A stretch of 64,000 nucleotides of DNA from IMG/VR virus record IMGVR_UViG_3300008267_000234. One strand, written 5' to 3'. The notes below the pieces were generated by a model. The model did not search any database. It worked only from the letters and a program-made list of their open reading frames with translations, and was not told the DNA's origin. This DNA comes from an uncultured virus (IMG/VR IMGVR_UViG_3300008267_000234). Taxonomy: Duplodnaviria; Heunggongvirae; Uroviricota; Caudoviricetes. Both the position numbers and the translations under genes were made by a program. Of this stretch, positions 39,334 through 51,300 are shown in pieces (the first letter of the stretch is position 1; every line of letters begins with the position of its first letter).

Positions 39334-42300
39334 ATGGAGACCCCTACTTCTACTGGCACCGTCACTCAGCCAGCACCACTCAAACCCTGGAAGCAGGTAG
39401 CCGAAGAATCCAACATCTTCTCGCTGCCGCCGGAGCAACGGATTGCCGAGTACGATAAATGGTCCGCAGAGAATGTTGCCCAAGGAATTAAGGACGGGGA
39501 CTTCGATTCACGGGGCACGTTCGACCAGTTCAAGTTATTCGACATCCGCACCCGGAAAAACCTTGCGTCCGACGACATTGTTGGCGCTTCAGACGAAGAG
39601 GTGTTTGCGGATTACGAGGCATTCAAAGGCGCATTCGCCAGCACGCAGGCTGCATTCTCTGCCAACAAGCCAACCCCGCAGGACGAAGCTATCCAAGGCG
39701 AGGTGCTGCAAGGTAAACGTAAGTCCGCCTTCCTGCGCGGGCAGATGTTCTTCAACCCTGCCGTCGTCAACGATCCACAGAAGTACCGGGAAGCCATCTT
39801 GGAATCCGATGCGCCTGCCGACATTAAGATGTTCTACGCAGGACTGCGGCCTGAGATGGAGAAGTCCGCAACCGTCACCCGCCGCCGCGAGCTGGCGAAC
39901 AACGTCATCACTCGCGATGTAGCGGACAAGGTCGTCACTGCAATCCAAGAAGGAACAGAACTCTTCGGTGCTGACATTGGCACTCCGCAGTCCCCGGCGT
40001 TGAAGAAGAACAAGGACGGAATCTGGAGCGTGGTTGATCCAGAATACTCCGACAAGGAAACGTCGTTCCTCGGAAGGGCGAATGCCAAGTACAACCCACT
40101 GGCTGATTCTCTCTACAAGCCATTCGCCGCAATCAACGAGTACCAGCAGAAGTACGGACTAACGGACGAGCAAGTGCAGCAGGACTACATGGAGTCGCTG
40201 ATTGAGAATGCGCCAACATCCGTCAACCGCTGGTTTGGAAAGGCGACGAGCATCGAAGAATACGTCAAGCAGTTGGATTCCACCGTCCGAGTAAAGAACA
40301 AGGACGTTGCACCGGAAGTTCGCGTGCAAGATCCGAATTTGTTCTTTGACGCAGAGGGGTACAACGCTGCCGTCGATAAAGCGAAAGCGCCGGACGAAGC
40401 GAAGACCTTTGCCAAGGAAGCCCGCACGCAGTTTGCTGATGCCGTTGCCGGGGACATCTACAACAACCTCCTCAATAACCGGGACGACTTCCGCGAGGGA
40501 TACGCGAAGGATGTTGTGGACCGGAAGGACATGGAGAAGGCGATCACTCGGTACTACAAGGACAAGAAAGATCAGGCGTGGTACGACGACGTTGGTGAGA
40601 CGATTGGGCAGGCTGGCACTGCGCTCAAGCAAGGCGGGATGGACTTGATGATGATGCCGAGCGCAATTAAGGGGATGTTCGGTGACGTGGAAGCGGCAGA
40701 GAATTACAGGTACTACACGCTCGCCCAGAAAGGGGAAATGCAAGCCGAGGAGGCTGTCGCCAATCGGACTGGTGGCGCTGGCTTCATTAAGCTGAACAAT
40801 GATGTGATGCGGATCATCCCGGATCTCGTTGTCCAGATGGTGATTGCGGTGGCTACTGGCGGAATGCTATCCGGCGCTCAGGCATCATTGATTGCTGCCC
40901 GCACAGGGATCTCTAGGGCGGCTGCGACAACTGCGCTTCGTCAGGCAGCGATCACCGGAGAGAAGACGGCGCTGAAATCCCAGCTACTGAGGCTTATCCC
41001 GGAAGTCACCGCTAAGACTGTCGATGACGTAGCCGAGGAAGTCCTAAAGGCATCTGCGCGGACGGTGTCGAACAACCCATTCAAGGGCGGCATTGGAACT
41101 CAGCGTGCTGTCGGCTCAGCCTACGCGGGGCTCAGCTCCGCATCCGCAACATTCGGGCAGGTCTACACGGATGTCCGCAACATGGGCAAGTCGCCGGAAG
41201 AATCCATCGCAACGGCGCGGACGGCAGGTATCGTCGCAGGCGCAATCACCAGCGGACTCACGCATTCATTCGGGATGCTTGGTCGTGGTGGTGTTGAAGA
41301 CTTTGCTTCCATGGGGCGCAAGGCTGGGGAGTTCACCATCAAGGACATCGTCAACGCGGGAATGCTTGATTCACTGAAGACGCCAGAGGGGCGACAACTC
41401 ATCCGCAACATCGCCAAGGGAATCTCCAAGGATGCTCTGAGCGAAGGTGCGGAAGAAGGATTGGATCAGGCTCTCAATCTGATCTCGCAGTACGCTACGA
41501 ACCCATCGCCGGAAGCACAGAACCGGAAGGCGACGGACATCATCAACGAGTCCTTGTATGCCAGCTTGCTCGGAGGCATTGCTGGTAGTGGCGCTGCTTC
41601 CGTTGGACAGGCTCGCGCATCCGCTCCCGGCATTACGGCTCAGCAGATACAGGCTGAGATCCTCGGGGCGCAACAACCACCTGTCGCTGGCGTGCCTCCG
41701 GTGCAGCCGCAACAACCACCAGTTCAAGCGCCCCCTGTCGTTCCTGTTGCCCCTGTCGTCCCATCCGCGAACCCTGCGGTCCAGAACGCCCAAGCTGTGG
41801 CGAATGCTGCGGCGGCTATCCCAAATACAAGCCAAACCGCTGCGGCTCTCGCGGCTTTTGCGAATGCGGCAGCGTTTCCGATGCCAGAGAAGAATCTGCC
41901 TGAGATTGAGACCCCTAAGCCTGCGCCGGAACCAGAAGTTCAGCCAGCGGAAGAACCTGTTGCCGTCCAGCCTGAGCCCGCCACGCCAGAAGTAGCACCC
42001 GCAAACGCGGAGAAAACTCCAATTGAGCCCACTCCAACGCCTGCGAAAGTAGAGCCAGAACCTACTGAGAATATGAAGACGGAAGAAAAGCCACTTACCG
42101 ATGATGCCGCAGAAGCTATGCGCGACATTATTCAGATGAAAAAGTCGAAAGGCGAGAAGCCGAACGACGCCATGGTATCCAAGCTGGCGGAATACGACGC
42201 CAAGAAGTCCGGCGTTACGGTTGAGCAGGGCGACATCGTTTCAAATATCGTTGTCGGGCATCCAATGTTTGAGCCCCCGCATCCAGAATTGAAAAACCTT

Positions 42301-45300
42301 ATTCCAATCAAGATCAGAAATAAAGGCGATGCTTCCGGCTCTGTTGATCGCGCCCTAAAGGTAAAAGAGAAAGCCCTAAAGTATATCGGCGGCTATCAAT
42401 ACAATCAATCAAAGGCAAAAACGCCAGCACAGAAGAAGCAGTTTGCGAAGGATTTCAATCAACAGGAACTCAATCGTCAAGAAGAGATCCTTGGCTATCT
42501 GAACAACGATGTATTCCCGGAGCTAAAACGCATTGAAGAGGCTGCTCCAGAAGCAAAGCCAGAAGTCGCCCGCGATACGACGAAGACGGAGCAGATGACG
42601 CCGGAAAAAGGAGACGAGGTCTTCGTAAAAGGCGGGGATGAAAGAATCACTCGTCGCATTGACAATATCTTTACCGCAGAAGGAAAGCAGATGGTTTTGC
42701 TGCAAGGGCTTCGCGACCCGATGCCGCTGGATGAAGTTACGGTTGATCCAAAATCCGACTACCGCAAACGGAAGCAAAAAAAAGCCGAACAAAAACCACA
42801 GACGGTTGACGCAAGTCCTCAGCTAATCAGACAGCTTGGCGACTTTGCTGTGCGAGATAGACAACCTATCAACCAAGAGTATATTAACGCAAGTGGAGGA
42901 GTCGTCCCCGAAGGCTACGTCAAGCAGGGCGAGCTGTACGTTTATCAGCCAGAGCAGAAGGCGGAAGCGGTAGTGGAGGCAAGGGTTGAGCCTGCCAAAC
43001 CAGCACCTCAAACCCAATCCTCGCAAAAACTACCAAAGGAACTCGCCGGAGCGAAGCCGCGCTACGGATACGCAAACATCAATACGGAGCTTTCGTTTGC
43101 ATCCGACTTCGACAAAGCCGCTTACATTGTAGCTCAAGAGAAGAAAAATCGTCGCCATGACGATTATATGAAGTGGGCTGTTCAGTCGTCTGGACTTACC
43201 GAGGAGCAAGTCAGAGCGCATGGAACGATTGTCCGAGAATCAATCAAGGCATCCATCAAGCCTTACGCCCAGAACAAGCGCCCAGTTCCGGCGCTGTTTC
43301 CGGTTGCCGCCACTCCGGTAAACCCAAGCGCACAAGCCGTCAAGCCAACCGTAAAGCCAGCGCAAAGGACTCCGGTTCAAGCCGTCATTTCAAAGGCGAT
43401 CACGGAAACGCTTCCTCTCGATCTCACCAAAGCGAAGCCAAGGTATGCGTTCAAGGATAAGAATTTCATCGTATCCTTTGTTTCTGACTTTGATAAAGCT
43501 GCATATATCGTATCGCAGCCAGAGGACAAGCAAAACAAGCAGCATGCAAAGTACCTCGCGTGGGCAACAAGCGCATCCGGGTTGACGGCAGAACAAGTTC
43601 AAGCACACGGCAGTTATGTCCGCCAGTCAATCAAGACGATTGCTCAAAACGCAGAAGGCGGAACACCTTCCGCGCCAAAGTCGATTACGATTGGAAAGCA
43701 GTATACGAAAACCAAACCCGCAGTTGAGTCAAAGCCCACTCAAGGGACAACACCGGAAAAACAACCAGCGCAACCAAGCAAGAAAAAGATTCTGTTCCGT
43801 GGGTTTGGGCGCAAGGAGAAGGGGTCTGTGTATTCTGACCGAGCAGACGGTCCTGTTCTTGGCGGCGGAAAGTATTACGCCTTCAATGAAGAAGAGGCAT
43901 CTCGATACGGCCCGGAAGTTGAACAGGTTGAGTTTGACGCAAGTAATGCGCTCGTCATCAGCAGTGATAAAGAATGGAGCGATCTCACAAAAAAACTTGG
44001 CTGGAGATTTCCAAATCCAAGCGGCAGAAGTCCAGAGACGGCAAAGCAAGAAATCAAGACCCTGACCAACTACTTAAAAGCAAAGGGCTACACCGCCATC
44101 GTGGTTGATGGCATTAAGGGATCGGTTGGGGATAACGCAAAACTACTAAAGAACGTATTCGGAACTGACCAGGTATTTATTCCGGAAGGGTTTCCTGAAA
44201 CGCCAACTCAAGTAAAGCCGGAGCAAAAAGCAGCCGGACAAGAAGGAGAAGTAAAGGCTGAAGCGCCAGCCAAGGGAACATCTAAACCAAAAGGAATCCA
44301 AGGATCTGCGTTTGAATCCTCAATGCCAAAAGGCAAGGAGCGTGTCACCGGACAGTATGTGGTTATTGAAGCTGGCGATCTCGTTACAAGTTTTGATCCC
44401 GGATTCCCAAAAGAACTTCAGCCTCGCGATAGAACTCGCGCCGCAAGCAAAGAACAGATTTCCGAAATCGCCATCAATCTTGCCCCGGAAAGACTGGGGG
44501 ATTCCCCGACAGTTGATGTTGGTGCGCCAAACATTGACGATAACGGGGCAGTCCTTTCCGGCAATGGTCGCGTTACCGCAATCAGGGCGAATTACGAAAG
44601 CGGCGGGGTTGACTACAAGAATTGGATTACCCAGAACGCGGAACGCTTTGGGTTTAATGCGGCAGACATTGCTGCGATGAAGAATCCGGTTCTTGTTCGC
44701 AGGATTTCAGATTACGGGAAATTGTCTAAGGAGGAATTCGCCGTCCAAGCAAATCAATCGCAGGTATTGTCGATGAGTAAAGGAGAGAAGGCGAAAGCCG
44801 ACGCCTCAATCCTGCTGGCGAATACCGATCTGTTTTCTAAATTCAGACCAAGTGAGGATGGTAACGTGCTTGTTTCTACGAACCGTGAATTTATTGCCGG
44901 GTTTGTACAAGAGACTGGCGCAATGGATCTTCTTGCCGCCGATGGCAGTTGGACCCCGGATCTTGGTGTCCGCATCCAGAATGCAGTTCTCGCCACGATG
45001 CTTGATGGTGATGCAGTCATTATTCAAAACCTCATCGAAGACCCATCCGGCTACGGGCTGAAGAAGGTGTCTTCGGCGCTTTTGCTGAATGCTCCAAACC
45101 TAATAAAACTGTTTGGAACTGATTGGAGTATAAACCAACCACTGGCGCAAGCGATCAAGGATTTCATCTCCGTAAAAAACGCGGGACAAAAAGTCGAAGA
45201 GTTCCTTGACCAGAGCATGCTCTTTGCTGACCCAGAAAGAACAGCCGTCAGTGACATTCTGTTAACGAAACTCTTCAATGCAAAAAGCCAGAAAGAGCTG

Positions 45301-48300
45301 AATGACTTCCTTTCTAGCTATGTTGCAAGGGCTGAAAATTCAGTTGAAGATCAGCGTTCCGGCGGTCTTTTTGGTGGGCAACCCAGAACCGTACAGCAAA
45401 TTGTAACCGATCTTACATCCAATGAAAAACAACCAGCAGAACAACAGCAAGATCTCTCGTTTGGAAAACCTCAAGCAGTTCCAGCAAAACAAACAAACAC
45501 CAAAGGACAAAAGGCTAAAACTGCTACTTCAACTCCAGAAGTAAAGGCTGAGGCACCGGACAAGCAGGGCGATGTTGTCGCCTTCATCAAACAAGAGAAC
45601 GACAAGCAGAAAAAATCTCAGGCTTCAGCAGCGAGGAGTAAGCGCATCACCCCAGGCGAAGCCCGCAAGAAAGGCATCGCAATACAGATTGATCGCCTTG
45701 GCATCACCTCCAAAGATCCAGCGTCAGTCATTGCTGCGCTAGAGAAGATCGCAGCCAAGCCGAGCGAGAAGCACCATGGTCGCATCGCCAAGGATCTCCT
45801 CAGCGTACTGGAAGGCTCCGGCGTGCAGATCCAGCTTGTCTCCGGCAACGACGCAAGGATGGCGAAGTACGACTCCCGCGTGAACGGCTGGTACGATCCA
45901 GCGACAAACACGGCATACATCAACCTCGACGGGCCGCACGAACTCGGGATTGAGGAAACTATCCTCCACGAACTCGTCCACGCTTCCGGCGAGAAGGTCA
46001 TCCAGAATCCACAGACGGAAGCGCAGAAGCGTATCCTTGCCGACCTAGAGAAGCAGATGCTTGCCGCTCGCAAGAACGCCATCGCTCTCGGGAAGGCGAA
46101 GATGGGCGTCGATGTATCCGATCTCAAGATACTGATCGACATGGCGGCAGCGCAGAACGACTACGGATTGTTCGACATCCTCTACGGCGTGTCCAGCCTT
46201 TCCGAATACCACGCGCACGCTACGACCAGTCGTTCATTCCAGAAGTTCCTCGCCACCTACAAGGAAGGCGGAAAGCGGTCGCTGATGGAGCGGTTCATCA
46301 ACAGCATCACAAGCCTGCTGTCTGGCAAGAAGACGGCAGACGGATCGGATGCAGAGAAGGCATACGCCACGCTGCTTGACCTGATGCGCGAAGGCAAAGG
46401 GGATGTCCGGCTGTCGAACGCGGATGTCGTGCAGTCTCGGGCGAGGGGTGCATCCACAGAGCAGGATGCTGAATACCTTGAGCTTGCGAAGGATGAAGAG
46501 AAGAACGCAGAGGCTTTGCAGGCCATAGTGGATGCGGCGGCGAAGGCGGCGGGCGGGCAACTTGTGTTCCATGGAGGAGACATCGAAGGCGATGTGATTG
46601 ACGTTAATCGCAGAGAGCGGGGCGCGGAATCGGAACGTAGAGCCGGGACGTTCTATGCGTCGAGCAATCCAGACGCAGCTAAGACGTACCCAGGTAAGCA
46701 GCAGAGACTATTCTTCTTCCTGCGAAATCCATTCCGCATAGGGACTCCAGAGATGAGACCCGCTTCATGGACTGGCGATACGGCGGTTCGTGCTGGCGGC
46801 AAAGTTATCAGCAAGAAGACCAGCCTCTCTATTGGCGAGGCAGTTGATCGCGCCAAGCAGTTCGGGTACGACGGAGTTATTTACGACAACATAGTTGATA
46901 CAGGAAGACTCCCCAGTCAATCAGGCAAACCTCCGATTGGCTCTACTTATGTTGCGTTTAACTCGGAACAAATCAAGTCCGCCGACCCCGTTACCCGCGA
47001 CGACGCAGGCAACGTCATCCCTCTTTCGCAACGCTTCCAGCCAACATCCCCAGACATCCGGTTTTCGCGGGCGCGTGGAACTGCTTCGGACGAGGACGCA
47101 CGGCATGCCGCACTGGAGGCGCGAGCAAAAGACGGGGACGCTGAGGCGACGGCGGAGGCGCAGGCGATAGTGAATGAGGCGGCAGATGATGCGGCGTACA
47201 AGAGGTCTGGATACCACGGCACCCGTGCTTCGTGGACAGTTTGGGATAGCGACATCGCCGGGGGGCTTATAAACATAGGCGAATCAAAAGAAGTGGCAGA
47301 AAGATACGCCACTGGCGCTGGCGGCGGAAGGCAACCACTCAACATTACTGAAGTGGAGTATTACGACGGGCGTAAATTCACTCAACAAAGTTATACGGAA
47401 TGGACAAGCGGGAGCGAGTCGCTATCGACTGAGCAAATCCAGAAAGACGTAGACGACGGGGATGCCGTGCCGACTATTCCGGGCGCATCCGTAAAGAGCC
47501 TCAGATTCAAGGCGGACAAAATCCTTGACCTGACAACACCTGAAGGAATCAAAGTGTTGGCTGGTCTTAACTATACCACCCGTCTTGGGCAGGGGGTTGT
47601 TTCTGATGCAAAAGCCGGGAAGTTCTACTGGGATCGCACAAAGAATGAATACGCATTAAAGACTTGGAAAAATGAACTGATTCCGCAACTCAAGGAATTA
47701 GGATATGATTCCGTCAGGTTTAAGGACGACACACATAATACGATTGCCGTCTTCTCCCCCGAGCAAATCAAATCAGCCGACCCGTTCACCTACGACGAAG
47801 CCGGAAACCTCATCCCGCTCAGTCAGAGGTTCCAACCCGAATCTCCCGACATCCGTTTCTCCCGCGCCCGCAGCATCGTCTCCGACACAGTCACCAAGTT
47901 CGCGCCGGAGTTCAATGTGGTGGACGACAAGGACGGTCCTGCTGTGTTCTTCGACGGGCGCAACGTCACCGTCAATCCAGATGCCCTAGAGAACTTAGAC
48001 GAGTACGAGGTGAAGGACTTGTCCGAGCGGGCGGTCGTCGCCGCAAAAGCTGCGCCAAAAGATCCGATTGCCGCGTCCATCATTCAGCAAACGGACGGGT
48101 ATAGTGCGTACAACTTCGACTCAGCCACCCGCAAAGAGATCCGCAAGTCGCTGGCAAAGGCTCACGCTGTTGCGACCGAGAACGGCATGGCTCCGCTGGC
48201 GATGGATCTTGGCGCAAAGCTCTTTGAGTACGGTGGCGCTACGGATGCGGATGTAAGGAAGTCGATGGCGCGTGGAATTCCTTCGGACGAGGAATACCTT

Positions 48301-51300
48301 GCGACTGTCGAGGCTGGCGATATGGAGAAGGCGCAGCAGATGGTGAATGATTTTATCGGTGAGCCAAATAGCGGAATGACTCGCCTATGGAGATCGGACG
48401 CAGCAAAGGTTGGGACTCCAGTTCCAAACTGGATGGAATCAACAGAGGAGCTTCAAGGAATCAAAGACGCATCCGGTAGGTGGTTCTACAAGACAAAGGA
48501 GGAAGCGGAGCGTCACATGGCGGACTTTGAAGGCGAGTCGCTTTCGTTCGTTGACGTTCCATCTGAATCCGTCGAATCATTCAACGCAAAGGATAATCCG
48601 TTTGCTGGCGGATACGGAAAGCAGGGTTTTGAATACTTCGTCCCTAGGCAAATCGCGGAGGCGAGAGTATCTACGGCTCCAGTGGTTCGCGACGACGCAG
48701 GCAACGTCATCCCGCTCAGCGAGAGATTCCCTGGAGCCGCAATGCCTCAATCCCGCGCACGCGGAGTGGACCTAGTCGCCTATGTTCCTCGTAATCGCTC
48801 AGGCCCTCGTCTCGCCGTAGAGAAGCTCTTCGCCGGATTCCGCAGCCGAGGAATGGTGACGGAAGATGCGTACAATGCATTCAGGGATTTCGAGGCATTC
48901 AAGAAAGAGACTGAGAGCTTCATCGCCTTCATCGCAAAGGACTTCACCAATGTGACGAACAAGCTGTTTGGCGACGGGGCGGACAACTGGTTGAACTATC
49001 GTGTCTTCTCTCGGGATGCGAATGGCAATGTCACCGTCAGTAAGACTGGGTTCAAGACAGCAAAGGATGCAGACAACTTCGCTGCGACCAACAGGTACAA
49101 GGACTACATCGTCTCCACTGGGGAGGAGTTGATGAACAAAGCCCTCGGCAGCAACGGACCTACGCTTCGCGAGGATGTCCGCGACAGGATTGACCAACTG
49201 ACCAAGAAGGGGTTGGACGACATCGCCAAGTCCATCGAAGCCTACAAGGATGAGTATCTGAACTACTGGAATCTCGTCATGATGCAGCCGCAGCCTGGGA
49301 TGATTGATCCAGACCAGATTGCCACCTTGCGTGAACGTAAGGAGCAGTGGATGAAGGCTCTCCAGCTCCGCGCCGCAGAGCAGAGGCAGCTTGTGGACGA
49401 CGCCCGCAAGGAAGCCGTTCGTGTGGCATTGGAAGATGGTGCCAATCATATCATCGCCCAGCAGAAGTTTGCCAAGACGTATCTACCAGACGAGTTGGTC
49501 TACCAGATTGAGCGGACTCGCGATAAGATCGATGAGTTCTCCACGCGGCTCACAAAGATCGGTTGGCTGATGGAAGGAAGCGAACTCCAGATGGTCATTG
49601 ACGGTCGCATGGGTGTCTATGTCACTCGCTCCTATGAGGCGTTTGAGACTCAAGACCGAGCCAACTACGTCGCGTTCTTGGACGAAGCGTATCGCGCTCT
49701 CTACAACCCAGAGCAGGAATACAATAAGCTGGCAATGGAACGGATCATGCCTATGGTCCGACACATCAAGGCTGGGATTACTGAGCGCCGGATTCAGGAT
49801 CTGAAGAGGGAGAATGAGCAGCGCCAGTTGGACGAAATCATGGCGGACCTGATGGCAGATCCACGCCAAGTCACCCAGGTTGATCGAATCCCAGGGCAAC
49901 CAATCGAAGGGACCGAATACGAGCAACTGCTTCGCGCCGTTGCAAGACGGGAGCTTCTGCTTCGTCGATTGAAAGAGAAGGAGGATTTCATTGCCAAGGC
50001 TGTTACCTCTCTTGGGAAAAGCACGTTTGCCAGCAACATCGGCAATGCGCGAAATCGCATGCGTGCAATCAAGAAGGAAGCCAAGCGTCTCTACAGGGAA
50101 CGGTTTGCGGAACAGGTCGAGGTAGCCAATATCATGGGCGCTCCAAACGCTCTCCGGTGGACATTGATGACCGAGGACGAAGCCCACGACATTGCAAACG
50201 TGGAGCGTTCGCTTTCTGAAAGCCCCGGTAACATTGCCGGATCAAAGATCTGGACTGCAAGCATCAGCGGCAGAAAGCACTCGACATTCCATTCGGCAGT
50301 AAGTGATGATTTCAGATCTAATCTAGATACCATCACCAATTCCACGGCATCGCAAACCGGATTCAAGGGAACAGGGGCGGGTGACTGGAGGTCGATCAAT
50401 GACAAGATCCTTGAGTACAAGGAAAACGTGCCAGCATTCCGGCGCTTGTTCTTGGGGGAAATAAACAACCCATTGATGCGGGTTTCCGAAACGCTTACAA
50501 AACAAGCCAGCCTGATTGCTGCCGGAGAGCTGTACCAAAATCTTGCTGACATTGGAATGAAGCAAGGGTGGCTTGTTGAAAAAGAACTAGCCGACACAGA
50601 CACAACGAAATACGCAGGATGGACTTCGATCCTCACATCCAGCGACAACGATCAAGGATACAAAGACAATCCACTCAAGGATCTTGTTGCCGACCCGGTA
50701 ATGGTCGAGGCAATTAGAAAGCTACTGTCTACAAACCAGCCATCAAACAGCGCATTCAAAGCCATATCGTTTACCGTCGGATTGGTTTTGTTTAACCTGA
50801 CCGCAGGTAGCTTTAAGTCCATTCAGCGGAACCTCTCGTCGTTCATTCCGTTCCTTCTCAACACTGGACTTATTGGAGCGATGATCAATCCGCGCAGATG
50901 GTCCGTCGTTACGAGTAATTTCGTTCTTGCGTCCAAGATGGTCGAGCAGTCCATGGCATCTTCCGCTGGCGTCTCCAGTGGAAAAGACATCAGCAATCCA
51001 ATACTCAAGCGTCTCGACAAGGGAGTCAGGATCTTCCTCTCTGGGATTGCCGCTCTTCGCCTGTCTGGATTGGCTGTGAAAGGTGTATCCACTTCCGCTG
51101 GCTTTGTGTTTAGAACCAAGCAAAAGCCAACCAATGAGCAGTTCCAAGAAACGTATCAGCGTGCTGTCGGTCTCGGTGTCGCCAACGACAATGTCGATAA
51201 GGAGGCAATGAGCAAGATGCTCAATCTTGAGGAGACCTTGAACCGCAAACCGAAAGACAAGAAGCTCGGTAAACTTGGGAAGGTGTTGATGCTTAACGAA

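Noticed and set aside
46960..48765. Diversity-generating retroelement template/variable repeats
   Set aside because: Differences are not adenine-specific, repeats are in-frame protein motifs, and no reverse transcriptase is visible.
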